Assembly: GCF_006345805.1 (NCBI RefSeq) | Contig: NC_043016.1 | Coordinates: forward strand, 27,838,001-27,902,000 | Length of the DNA stretch: 64,000 nt | From: Octopus sinensis | Lineage: Eukaryota | Direction of reading: 5' to 3' | Shown here: in pieces, positions 1 through 12,020 of the stretch | Numbering within the stretch: position 1 is the first letter of the stretch | How the letters are laid out: the number at the start of each line of letters is the position of its first letter | The notes under the pieces: generated by a model | Seen by the model: the letters and a program-made list of their open reading frames with translations, nothing else | Databases searched by the model: none | Told to the model about the DNA's origin: nothing | Made by a program: the position numbers and the translations under genes

Positions 1-795
1 TGGTGTATGTGTTTATGAGCAAAGCACCTAAGTTCCATGTGGTTCTGGCAGAAGGTAATGGTGAACTTCTGCTGACTCTTTTGCTACAACTTTCTCTTAC
101 TCCTTTAAATTGTGTTTGATGTATTTGAATGAATATATTCCTTTTATTATAATTGGTTACTAATTCAACCATGTGTAGTTGTTTAAAAATGGAGTATATA
201 TTTATTTTTCTGCTATAATCTAAGCAAAATGAGAGGGTCAGTCTCCTGATAGTAAATTAATGGACAGTTTAAGACTCTATGTCGATGGTGATGATGATAA
301 TGACAATTACAGCATCATTTCTATTAATCACTCCCTAACATATATAAATTCTGTTATCAATATTACATCATGCAAACATTCAACTAGGAATCCATCACTG
401 TTCCTTCTTTTCCTCACAACAATCTGAAGTGATAGTAGTTATTATAAAGGCCTTGTAAATTATTTGGTGACCTCACTGCTGCTGTTGCTACATAAAAAAA
501 AGCATCCAGTTCACCCTGTAGAATGATTGGCATTTAGAAGGTAATCCAGCTGTAGAAATCATACGGAATTAGGCAATAGAGGTTGGTGCAATCTTCTGAC
601 TTGCCAGCTCCTTGTCAAACCATTCAACCCATGCCAGCATGGAAAACAGATGTTAGATAGTGATGATGGCGACAATGGTGGCAGCAGCAAGGAAGGGAAG
701 TAGGAGTCTATTGCAGAAAAGAACAACACGTTTACTGGTGAAATCCCCAACTGCAATTCTAGCACTAATTTGTAACTTAACACCTTAGCATTTAA

Positions 796-990
796 CCCTT
801 TCGTTACCAACCCAACTGAAACCAGCTCTGGCTCTGAGTACAAATATCCTGTTTTCAAAAGTTCTGAATTAAAATCGTCCATCAAACACTAGCTGAATGA
901 TAGCTAAGTTATTTTACTAAATCCTTTGTTATATTTAAAGTAATTGAAAGAAACACAGAGCATCTCAAAATAAATACAGTAACAAAAGGG
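796..990. mobile_element. piggyBac-like MITE (TTAA target duplication), nested in a second MITE family
   Basis: TTAA-CCCTTTCGTTAC...GTAACAAAAGGG-TTAA; same family in opposite orientation at 12579-12789. Confidence 0.75.
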
Positions 991-1867
991 TTAAACCAGC
1001 CATGTGTGTCTCAAATATTCTCTTTTATGTTCAAACCAGCTAGATCTGGCCTCTCATACCTACCTTGCAATGCATGATTAATTCAAAACAGTGTGAATAA
1101 ATAAGAATTACATTTGACAAAGTATTCTGAATTCTAAAAGGTTATGCCTCACCTGTAAGAGTATTGCTTTTTGCTGTCTCTGATTAGTCTTCATTGTATC
1201 TAGTGTTACTGACGGCATGATTAATAGCTCACTATTAATCATATCTAGTATATTCAAATCAGTTCTTGTCAATTATTCTTGTTGTACACAGATACAAGTT
1301 TTATTAAAAAATTAGTAACTTAAACTTCATTTCTAATCCTCTACAAATAAATTTTTCTTTTAAACTAGAATTTTTTTGTTTTGTTTTGTAATCAGTTTGT
1401 GCCTTAAAATGTTGAGCAATACAATAAACTTGACACATCACCATATGACATTGGTTTCTCTAACAACTGTAATTGTTTTATGGAAATGTTCACCATCCTC
1501 CCTCTTCCTTCTAAACAAGAGAAATGTACCCTACTTAATGTTGGATTTTACTCTATTGTAGTATAACACTCATCAATTTTATAGTCTTGTGTACTGTAAC
1601 AAATTATATCACCCTGTGGTTCTTCGTTATAGACGGGTGGACTGGACTGTTGAATGTTACATATGTTAGTTTTATACACAATTTTATATTGATACTTACT
1701 TTTTTACAATCAGAGAAATAAAAAGTTTCAATAATGTAGAACTTGAATGAGATATATTATCATCACCTCAGTTAATCATTATTCTTATCTCCCTATCAAT
1801 ATCTGTTATCACAAACAATTTTAAACTTTTGGTGCTTTTTTTTTTTGTTTGTTTTGTTTTTTTATAG

Positions 1868-1987
1868 CTTCATTCCATTGGCCTTGATCTTAGCTTCACA
1901 TTGGACTTATTTATCAATGATGATATCAAACGAGTTATACAAGAGACAAAAGATCATATTATTGAGGGTGTCAAGTACAGAGCTGCT
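1868..1987 (+). CDS. EXOC8: Exocyst complex component 8 (Exo84), internal exon: LHSIGLDLSFTLDLFINDDIKRVIQETKDHIIEGVKYRAA
   Basis: tttatag| acceptor, |gtaaga donor, 120 nt open in phase 0. Translation resembles the human EXOC8 C-terminal segment as I recall it (LGDIGLDLTFIIHALLVKDI...IIEATKHRN). Upstream exons lie outside the window. Confidence 0.9.
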
Positions 1988-2099
1988 GTAAGATATTTTT
2001 TTTTTAATGTTCTTGATTTTTTAAAAATATTGATTGATTCACCATGTAATTTGTGAGTTTATCTAAGAGCATATCCTCTGTCTATTGCAATATATATAC

Positions 2100-2458
2100 T
2101 AATTGACCTAATATATATTAATGTTACTTACCTGGTATATATCCTGTTACTTACTTAGTATATATCCTGTTAATTACCTGGTATATATCCTGTTAATTAC
2201 AAGGTGTATATGTTGTTAATTACTTGCTATATATATATATATATATATATATATACTGCTAATTACCTGCTATATATACTCTTAATTATCTGGTATATGT
2301 GCTCTTGATTACCTGCTATATATATTGTTAAGTACTTGGTATATATACTATTAATTACCTATTATATACACTGCTAATTACTTGGTATGTATATTGTTAA
2401 CTACCTGCTATATTTACTGTCAATTACCTGGTATATATACTGTTACTTACCTGGTATG
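2100..2458. repeat. ~23-bp minisatellite (consensus TGTTAATTACCTGGTATATATAC) in an EXOC8 intron
   Basis: About 14-15 diverged tandem units visible, interrupted by a (TA)n run. Confidence 0.8.
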
Positions 2459-2597
2459 TGTGTATAAGTTATTATAACTATTATATATTTCATGATAACA
2501 AGGTATAATGTTTGCTTTGATACTTTTCTTTTAAAAAAACCACTGTTTTAGATTTTTATTTATATTCTCTCTTTTTTGTGTGTGTGTTTTAATAAAG

Positions 2598-2703
2598 GAT
2601 GACTTGTGGCGACCAATGAATCATCTCAGTAAAACTGCTTGTGACAGATTTATAGAAGACATGCAGCTCCTTGGATTCAGTCAAATGTCTACATGTGTTT
2701 ATG
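2598..2703 (+). CDS. EXOC8: EXOC8 internal exon: DDLWRPMNHLSKTACDRFIEDMQLLGFSQMSTCVY(D)
   Basis: aataaag| acceptor, |gtaaat donor, 106 nt (phase 0 to 1), in frame with neighbours; aligns with human EEMWRRMNLM...EEMKSCGVSNFEQYTG. Confidence 0.88.
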
Positions 2704-3213
2704 GTAAATAAGTATTCTATTAATGCATATATTTTGGTCACTGTTCTTATTGTTGTTGTGTAGTCACAGATCAGCTCTGATCAAGCAACAAAATGTGACC
2801 CACAGATGTATCTTATACCATGCTACTACCTAACTGAGGGCCATACTGTGTTATGAATTGGGGTGCAGTGTGACAGTTTGAATATTTGTTAAGAATATAA
2901 TTAAAGGTATCATACTTGAAACTGGAATTCAAAGATGTCAAAGAGATCATGATTAAAAATGTGACTAGCTTCTAATAGTATGGAATTTCAACTCATGTCT
3001 CTACATTTCATTCTGTATTTGGACATGGTCTATAGCTCCAAATACCTCATTTCCTCAAGCTATTGCAAATGGACAATAGATATTTTAGGAATGTTCCATG
3101 AGAGAAGTGTCATCCTATACAGGGTGATATTTATTTCTCATCAACATGAAATTAGTGATAAACTCCGGTCTTTATAATTACTATAGGACTTTTAAAAATA
3201 CAGTTTTAAATAA

Positions 3214-3370
3214 GGCATGGCTGTATGGTAAGAAGCTTGTTTATCAACCACATGGTTCCAGGTTTGGTCTCACTGCATGGTACCTTGGTCAAGAGTCTTC
3301 TACTATAGCCTCAAGCCAACCAAAGCCTTGTGAGTGGATTTGGTGGACAGAAACTGAAAGAAGCCCATCA

Positions 3371-3432
<62 letters not shown>

Positions 3433-3776
3433 AGTATATATATATATAAAATCATCATTGTTTAACACCCGCTTTCCATGCTGGCATGGGTTGGATGGTT
3501 TGACTGAGGTCTGGCAAGCCAGTAGGTTGCACCTTGCATATGTTTATGTGTGTGTTTGTGTGTCCCCCCCCACCATTGCTTGACAACCGATGTTGGAATA
3601 CTTTTGTCCCTGTAACCTAGAAGTTCAGCAAAAGAGACCATTAGAACAATTAACTGGTTTACAAGGAATAACTCCTGGGGTTAATTTGTTTGACTAAAAC
3701 CCTTCAAGGCAGTGCTCCAGCACTTGTTTAGTTGTTTCAATCAAATGACTGAAACAAGTAAAAGAATAAAAGAATA
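3214..3776 (+). mobile_element. tRNA-derived SINE (family 1) with an RTE 3'-end fragment in its central (TG)n
   Basis: Head GGCTGTATGGTAAG...GGTTCCAGG, body GGGCAAGTGTCTTCTACTATAGC-like, tail GAAACAAGTAAAAGA. Confidence 0.8.
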
Positions 3777-4515
3777 TTTAACAACTTGCTTGGATGTATC
3801 CTGCATAATCTTTTGAGGTAACCCATTCATCCAGACTTTTAGATGTGTCACTTGTATAGATGTTTGCTACTAGATGTGTCAATTACATACATCTCTTTGT
3901 ATATTTAAGTATTCATTTGAAGCACAGTTTTATTCAACTCAATTCCTTAGATATGAGATTTTTATGTGTTTTCTATATATATTATCTATATCACAGTTTC
4001 TGAACAATAGTTGTAGATTTCTAATGAACTAATTAAGGGTCTGCTGTATTTTTGATAACAGAAGGGTATGTCATTAACTTGGATCAGAACAAATATTGCA
4101 AGGGAATTTGTTCAAAGAATACAAATTTTTCAGTATTCTAATTGATATTTGCATCTTCAGTAATATACACTGACAAATACACATGCGTGCATGCATGCAC
4201 ACATGTAAATGCAACAAGCTTCTGCATAGATTTCTCCTATCAAATTCACTCAACTCACAATTACAGTTCAGGCCATTTACCCAATGAGCCATACATTGTC
4301 AAAAACCCAGAGTAATGTTGTACTATTGATGTAATTCTCTGGCAAAATTTTCATGGTACACTGTGTGATGAACCCGTGCTTTTTGAATTTCAGGTACAAA
4401 ATAATCTGTCATATTACCTAACTGTAAAAAATTTGGTTTATTTGTTGGAGTAGAATGTTGAGTTAATGCATATATTCAAGAGACATAAGGCTTGTCAGTC
4501 CACTTCATGGTCAGT

Positions 4516-4950
4516 CCCAGTGGACAAAATGGAAAAGGCATTACCCCAGATGATGGCAAGAGAGATATGCTGGAACAGTCATTCCAGTTCATGGGACTTG
4601 CACTTGCAGATAGCCACTTCTGCCCCAATAGCAGTGAGCAGGGTGGGGTCCAAGAACACCAGAGTCTCCTCTGCCATAGGCTTGACCACAGATCTGTCAA
4701 AGAGCAGCTGATACTTTGAAAATTTACCCTTCCCAAAGTCTGGGCTGGCAGTCAAACACACCAGGTTGTTGCTGGAGAATGTGTTACCACAAGTGACATC
4801 TCTGGTGAGTGGCCTATCTCCATGGAATGGGAAAATTGTCATGCCATCTGTCCTTTTAGCCTCTCCTCTGTCCAGCCCTGTTGGCTTGAGCTGAGAGAGG
4901 AAGCCTGCAGTGTCTAGGCCACGCTTTATGATCTCACTGTGAGCAGCGTG
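4516..4950 (-). mobile_element. Decayed CRE-like non-LTR retrotransposon, restriction-like endonuclease C-terminus
   Basis: Minus strand reads HAAHSEIIKRGLDTAGFLSQLKPTGLDRGEAKRTDGMTIFPF...RDVTCGNT...*LFQHISLAIIWGNAFSIL, resembling RH..LNDIIKRAL...PDG...WD.TC...QR.S.AI.RGNA; in-frame stop. Confidence 0.75.
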
Positions 4951-5036
4951 ATGAACTTAATCACTTTTGTTTGGACACTTTTACATTAAAAATTATTCTT
5001 CTCTACATTCACTCATTAATTCCTGTTGTGTTTCAG

Positions 5037-5227
5037 ATGACTGTTTTGTAAATTTGACAATAAATACAGTTCAGTTTACAAAAACAACTCTTATTTTTGT
5101 TGATGATACTTTGAAGATGTATACTCCAGATCTTGGAGTTTTTATCAACAATGCTATTGCAGACATTTTCAAGGCTCATATTTTACACATTCAAAATTCC
5201 TTGAAACGAGCAAAATTTGCCAAAGAT
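5037..5227 (+). CDS. EXOC8: EXOC8 internal exon: (D)DCFVNLTINTVQFTKTTLIFVDDTLKMYTPDL...SLKRAKFAKD
   Basis: tgtttcag| acceptor, |gtaagt donor, 191 nt (phase 1 to 0); aligns with human DDCWVNLSYTVVAFTKQTMGFLEEALKLYFPEL. Confidence 0.92.
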
Positions 5228-6267
5228 GTAAGTACTATTATTTGTTATCATGTAAAACTGTTTCTTCCCTTTTCTGCAAGATATTTTACCTCTGAAAGTG
5301 ATAAGGTTTATTCCTATCATCTTTCAGTAATTCTGAATATTTCAGCTTCAAGCTTTGCTCTATTTTCTTGTGTTTCATTTTGTCTTCTTCTGTTTCTGTT
5401 TCTTCTTGTGGTTTTGCAGTTCACTTCAGATATTGACTTTTTTTTTTGTGATAATCTTTGTCTTCTTCCTGCATTAGAAGTTGTGCTGTACTTCTGTCAC
5501 TTAGAAAAGAAACTTCAACCATGGAACCTAAGCCTAGAATTGAAAGGTCTTAGTATAGACCTAGAAAACATTTAAAAGGAAGGAAAGGAGACAACTTTAT
5601 TGATGTTCTTCCTGCACACTAAGAAAAAATTGTCACACACATGGTTTTCAAAATGAAATCAGAAGTTTTTTTTAATTTAAGGAATTTGAACAGAGTTTAT
5701 TCACACAAGTAAATTAAGTACCAGATGTGATATTCAATAAAAATAATTTAGCTTTATCTTAAATCATAGTCATGACCTATGCCAATGCCATCTGACTGGA
5801 ACCCATGCTGGTGGCACATAGAAAACACCATTCAAGTGTTGGGCCTCATGGAGGCAGTGACAGGTGACCAAGACCTTCGGCAATATACCATGTTTATGTA
5901 GGCCTGTCAAGCCAAGTGAGACAGTAGTTGAGGTTGATGTCAGTGTCAAATCAGTGGCACATAAAAAACATGCACATCAATCTATTAAGTGGTTGGCATT
6001 GGGAAGGGCATCCAGCCCTAGAAATCCAGCCAAATCAGATCAGAATCTGGTGCAGCTCCCCAGCTTACCAGTTTTCAATCAAACTATCCAACCCATGCAG
6101 GCATGGAAAATGGACATTAAATGATGATGATAACAGTTATTTTGCCAAATGGTTCAGGAGTCATTTTTAACGAAAACTCTAATGAGTGTTTTATCATATT
6201 TATTCAGTATTGATTTATTTTATATTTCTGATCACTAATGTACTAATTTAATGCCATCATATTTCAG

Positions 6268-6426
6268 CAAACCTTCATAATGAAGAATGCACAGTTCATC
6301 CTGGAAGAGTTTCTTGGAATCGCTGAGACATTCTACCGAGATAAAGATATTGTATTTCCCAAAGAACTGATTTCTGTCAACAATGAATTTAGACGCTTGA
6401 AAACACTCGCTAAAAGTCTTAGCTGA
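6268..6426 (+). CDS. EXOC8: EXOC8 terminal coding exon: QTFIMKNAQFILEEFLGIAETFYRDKDIVFPKELISVNNEFRRLKTLAKSLS*
   Basis: atttcag| acceptor, 53 codons ending TGA; aligns with human KAFIRQNASFLYETVLPVVEKRF. Confidence 0.85.
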   Translation, partial: QTFIMKNAQFILEEFLGIAETFYRDKDIVFPKELISVNNEFRRLKTLAKSLS

Positions 6427-6477
6427 AAGAAAAAAAATCAAATGTCCATGTGTATATAGTTATTTTCTTTTTAATAT

Positions 6478-6483
6478 AATAAA
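6478..6483 (+). terminator. Candidate EXOC8 polyadenylation signal AATAAA
   Basis: First AATAAA ~50 nt after the stop; AT-rich context makes chance occurrence likely. Confidence 0.35.
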
Positions 6484-6530
6484 TTGCTTGAATATATTGA
6501 AAACAAAGATGATACATGCATATGTGTGTG

Positions 6531-6567
<37 letters not shown>

Positions 6568-6810
6568 TGAGGGAATATTATTCCAAACTTACAAGGAAAA
6601 ATTCAATTTAAAATATTAAATTAAATTTCACAAAATATAATATATATATATAAATTAGAAAAAACCCACCTTTTATCAATTCAAAATGAAAAATTAAATT
6701 GCACCATCAAGAAAATTACATATAATAGAAAAATTAAATATAAGATAAAAAATATAACGATGATTAAGTAATGTGCAAAATAATAAATAAAACGTATATA
6801 TTTGGTAGAA

Positions 6811-6914
6811 TAACGACACATGTTTCGTGGCTATATTTAAGAAATAATTATAGTAAATATATTAGTAGTAGTAGTAAAATCACTTCAATATAAATATAGC
6901 CACTCATCAGGTTA
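6811..6914 (-). ncRNA. Type I hammerhead ribozyme motif
   Basis: Minus strand: TAAC-CTGATGA-GTGGCTATATTT-(53 nt)-AAATATAGCCAC-GAAA-CATGTG-TC|GTTA. 12-bp helix II with G-C closure, 4-bp helix I, self-complementary helix III, GUC cut between 6815 and 6814. Confidence 0.8.
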
Positions 6915-7334
6915 AAGATAACTACAATAATAAAATAATTAATAAATATACGTAAATAATCTTTTCCATCGACAAGCTAAGTAACGTTTTTTGCTTCTCT
7001 ATATTATTTGGATTTTGAATCGTTTTGGTTTTGATTATTATTATTATTGTTTTTGAAATATTATTTTTATTTATAGTTTATTGATAGTTATTAGTTACGA
7101 TCGTTATTAGTTATGATATCTATTTATTTAATATGTTTTAGTATTATTTTTATAAAGGGATTTAACATATTACATATAATTTAATTTGAGAATTAGTTTT
7201 GTTAGAATATACATTATTTAATAATTAGGTGGTATTTTTATCACATAGTATTACATTTAAGTAAATTAGTTTTTATATTAATTAATATTTTGGTCAACTA
7301 TATTATTGAGTGATATATTAAATCTATACATACT

Positions 7335-7740
7335 ACTCTTTTACTCTTTTACTTGTTTTAGTCATTTGACTGCAGCCATGCTGAAGCACCGCCTTTAGTC
7401 GAGCAAATCTACCCCGAGATTTATTCTTTTTTGTAAGCCCAGTACTTATTCTATCGGTCTCTTTTGCCAAACCGCTAAGTGACAGGGACATAAACACACC
7501 AGCATCGGTTGTCAAGCAATGCTAGGGGGACAAACACAAACACACACACATACACATATATATACATACATATATACGACAGGCTTCTTTCAGTTTCCGT
7601 CTACCAAATCCACTCACAAGGCATTTGTCGGCCCGGGGCTATAGCAGAAGACACTTGCCCAAGATGCCACGCAGTGGGACTGAACCTGGAACCATGTGGT
7701 TGGTTAGCAAGCTACTTACCACACAGCCACTCCTGCGCCT
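7335..7740 (-). mobile_element. tRNA-derived SINE family 1
   Basis: Reverse complement of the family seen at 11015 and 18463. Confidence 0.9.
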
Positions 7741-10700
7741 ATATTAATATATATATTAATACATATATATTAATAATATAATAGTTAGTTTATATAATGG
7801 GTTTATGTATATTTGAACCATTTCCTATTTTTGATTCTGATATTTATGCCTTGTACTAGCATTGGGTATATTAATTAAGACGCTAAGACCTATTTTAATA
7901 CATTTAAAATCCAGTTATATTAATTTAATCGATAAGCTTAGTAATGTTGTTTGTTTATCAATTTTATTTGGATTTTGTATTATATTGAGTTTGATTGTTG
8001 TTATTATTATTGTTGTTATTGACTGGAGTCGTAGTGGACTGTCAGTTGTAGTTGAATGTCTTCATAGTGTATTGTTCATTTGTTCTAATATTTTTCGTAC
8101 CTTTCTTTAATTCATGGGGCTTAGATGTTTTTCGTATTTTTCATTAGTAAATAGTTTTTGCCATTTTCATTGATAATTTATTCTATTTGTTTACACTAAG
8201 TCTTCCCGTGTTTAATTTTTATAAACACTAAGACCTATATATTTTTGTGCGTTTAAAATTCAGTTATATTATTTTCATCAACAAGCTAAGTAATGGTTTT
8301 TGCTTATAAATATTATTAGGCTTTTGAATTATATTGGGTTTGATTATTATTGTTATTATTATTGTTATTGAAATATTTTTTATATATATTGATAGTTATA
8401 AGTTATGATAGTTATTAATTATGATATCTATTTACTTAGAATACTTTATTATTTTTATAAAGGGATTTAACATATTACATATAATTTAATTTGAGAATTA
8501 ATTTTGTTAGACAATACATTATTTAATAATTAGGTGGTATATTTATCAAGTAGTATTACATTTAAGTAAATTAGTTTTTATATTAATTGATATTTTGGTC
8601 AACTATATTATTGAGTGATATATTAAATCTATACATACTACATATATATTAATTATATAGTTAGTTTATATAATGGGTGTGTCTATATTTGAACCATTTC
8701 TTATTTTTGATTCCAGTATTTATGGCTTGTACTAGCATTGTGTATATTAGTTAATATTAAGGTTTTTAGTATTAATTGCTTAATGGGTATTAGACTTTAT
8801 TTGGATGTTTATTAAATAAATATATTAATTAATAATTTGATTTAATGTATATAGTTTAAAATGTTGTATTTAGTTTTCACTTAATGTATATTTTGTATCT
8901 TATATACATATATATATATATATATATATAGATATAGATATCTATTTTAAAGAATATATTTATTTTTAAAAGATTATTTACGTATATTTATTAATTAAAT
9001 ATATACATTTTATTTATTATTTTGCACATTACTTAATCATCGTTATATTTTTTATCTTATATTTAATTTTTCTATTATATGTAATTTTCTAGATGGTGTA
9101 ATTTAATTTTTCATTTTGAATTGATAAAAGGTGGGTTTTTCTTCTAATATATATATTTATGCATGTATGTGTGTTTGTGCATACACACACACATAGTTTA
9201 TGAATATATGTGGCTTTGCATTCTCAAGCCTTTTGAATGACTATGCCATGGGTAAGTTATAAACATTTTCAGAGAAATTTGGCCCTAGGTAAACCATTAC
9301 CACCAATTGTATGGATGTCACTCTATAATTCAAGGCAAGCAAATTCTACATTCGCAGAAATCCTAACAAGAAAACTGTTTATAGGAACGCCAACCTCCAT
9401 CCCCATTGTAATTATAAACCTAGTCATAGGCATCAGCAGAAGAAAATAGCCAGAGCTAAATTCTGTTATAATGAAGCATGAGCACAGAATAGATTTACTG
9501 ATAAGTTAGTGTAATAGAGAATAGCCCAGTACTTGGTTTTATTTTATATTATTTTTAAGTTTGGCACCTACTCCAGTGGTTTCTTTTGCTGAACAGCTAA
9601 TGTATATGGATGTAAACAAACCAAACCTGGTTGTCAAGTGGTGGTGAACAAACACAACACATTTATGCACACACACATCTGTATGTTCATTTGCATGTGT
9701 GTGTGTGTATTACAGCAATAAAAAATGTACAACAATGCAAGATATTTTCAAGCCTATACCAAAATAAATTGGTCACAGGCACAACTCCAGAAAATCATGA
9801 AACAGTTTTATTGCCAGCTGCCAATAAAATGATACTAAATGCAGAATGATAGAAGTCAATGACCTAAACTTATTATAATATCATCAAATTAGTATCTGCT
9901 TCTACTTTTTGTTAAATGTCTTGCAAATTATCTAAATTCCAGAAGCATATTATACCATCTGGATATTTTTTAAGCATACAGATAATCATAGATATCCAAA
10001 TTCTCCTTTGTGTGTGTAACATTGACAAAATGGTGGAGACACTACAGGGGAGTGGAGACAGTCAGAAGGACTTTGTAGTTTTGTTATATTGAGGAAACAA
10101 AAACCTCTCTAGTGATGATGCCACAATAAAATGTACCTAGTACACTTCATAAAATGGTTGGTAATAGGAAATGGCATTCAGCCATAGATACCATACCATG
10201 CCAAAATGAACAATGGTTTCTTCACCTCCAAATAATAAAGAACTCTAAATGTGACTACCCGTCCAACCCATACCAGCATATAAAGCAGACATAAATTGAT
10301 GATATATGTACATATACACAAGTGCATAGATACATACACATGTGTATATCTATGAGTATATCAATTAATATTGTCATTTATCTTGCTTTTAAAAACGAAA
10401 ATTGCTAATGAAAATGAAAATTCCTAAAAAAAATGAACATTTTTATGCAAAAATTTTTAATCACAATTTATTCTTTAAAACTTTTTTTTTGTTAATCTAC
10501 TATTTGAATACATTTAATTTTTGTCCATAAATGTTTCTACACACCATATTTGCGATATGTATATAAATATTGATTGCCCTTTAAGTTTTGATAAATTATT
10601 TCTACTGTTTTGTTATTCAATGTTGAAAATTTAGTCTTATTTGTTAATTTAGACTATAATACTTTGATTTATCACTTTCAATGTTTTTTCTGTGCAATTA

Positions 10701-11014
10701 AAATGATAAACTTACACCAAAGAGCTATTAAAAATAAAAACAAATAAAACATTCTTCATGGGCTTTTTTGTTTTGTTTTTGTTTCTGTAAAATTATGAGA
10801 GAAAAAAATTAAGTTTGATGGATGTCATTTGTTGTAGAAAAAAAATTCTGTACCTCTTTCACCATCATCATCATCGTCATATTTGTAACCATCTTAAATA
10901 ACCCTGATCACTTGGACATTGGGTTGATATAAGGATGTAAACCATCTAAAACAGTGGTTCTCATCCACTTTTTAGCTATGGACCACTTTGATTCTTATTT
11001 TACTCAGGTAAAAT

Positions 11015-11376
11015 AGGAGTGGCTGTGTGGTAAGTAGCTTGCTTACGAACCACATGGTTCCGGGTTCACTCTTACTGCGTGGCACCATGGTCAAGTGTCT
11101 TCCACTACAGCCTCGGGCCGACCAAAGCCTTGTGAATGGATTTGGTTGATGGAAACTGAAAAGAAGCCCGTCATATATATATGTTTGTGTTTGTGCCCAC
11201 AACATCACTTGACAACTGATGCTGATTTGTTTACGTCCCCGTAACTTAGCGGTTAGGCAAAAGAGACTGATAGAATGAGTACTAGGCTTCCAAAGAATAA
11301 GTCCTGGGGTCGATTTGCTCAATTAAAAGCGGTGCTCCAGCATGGCCACAGTCAAATAACTGAAACAAGTAAAAGA
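11015..11376 (+). mobile_element. tRNA-derived SINE family 1
   Basis: AGGAGTGGCTGTGTGGTAAGTAGCTTGC head, internal microsatellite, AGTAAAAGA tail. Confidence 0.9.
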
Positions 11377-11797
11377 TGTGAACTGTCATAGCCATTCAGT
11401 ATTTAAAATATCCTGTTATATATTTTTTATTATCAAACATTATTAGGAATTATATGAGGCAGTGAGCTGGCAGAGACATTAGCACACCAGGCAAAGTGCT
11501 TAGTGGCATTTCATCCATCTTTACATTCTGAGTTCAAATTCTGCCTACGATCAACTTTGCCTTTCATCCTTTTGGGGTTGATGTGATCAACTTAACCCCT
11601 CCCCACAAATTTCAGGCCTTGTTCCTATAGTAGAAAGGATTATTAGGACTTGTATAAAAAAAAAAATATTTTGTGTATTGTGGAAGTACGAGCAAAACGG
11701 CCCTCCCCGTCCAATGTGATGCTCCCATATGAAGGGTTATATTATCATCATTGTCATCATTAGAGAACCTCTGTAAGTACACACCCTGCTAGAAATA

Positions 11798-12020
11798 AGG
11801 CAGCGAGCTGCAGAAACGTTAACACGCCAGACGAAATGCTTAGCGGTATTTCGTCTGCCGTTACGTTCTGAGTTCAAATTCTGCCGAGGTTGACTTTACC
11901 TTTCATCCTTTCGGAGTCGATAAATTAAGTACCAGTTACGCACTGGGGTCGATGTAATCAACTTAATCCCTTTGTTTGTACCCTCTATGTTTAGCCCCTT
12001 GTGGGCAATAAAGAAATAAG
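11798..12020 (+). mobile_element. tRNA-derived SINE family 2
   Basis: GGCAGCGAGCTG...GAGTTCAAATT (B-box-like)...TTTCATCCTTTCGG; relatives at ~11458-11655, ~18285-18420 (-), ~41855-41975, ~51330-51500 (-). Confidence 0.75.

Larger units (their letters stand above)
6565..9160 (-). mobile_element. Composite AT-rich Penelope-like remnant with tandem and inverted segments
   Basis: ~500-bp direct duplication (6965-7875 minus SINE vs 8270-8755), inverted repeat (6640-6800 vs 8995-9150) and a hammerhead at 6811-6914. PLE assignment is inferred from architecture; no ORF recoverable. Confidence 0.5.

Noticed and set aside
4466-4842. Nested host gene in the EXOC8 intron (GC-rich ORFs)
   Set aside because: Explained as a stop-containing CRE-like endonuclease fragment.
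5300-5520. Helitron-like K/R/E-rich minus-strand frame (RRQNETQENR)
   Set aside because: Low complexity; no Rep/helicase motifs or Helitron termini.
6235-6441. Minus-strand 68-aa ORF
   Set aside because: Antisense shadow of the EXOC8 terminal exon.
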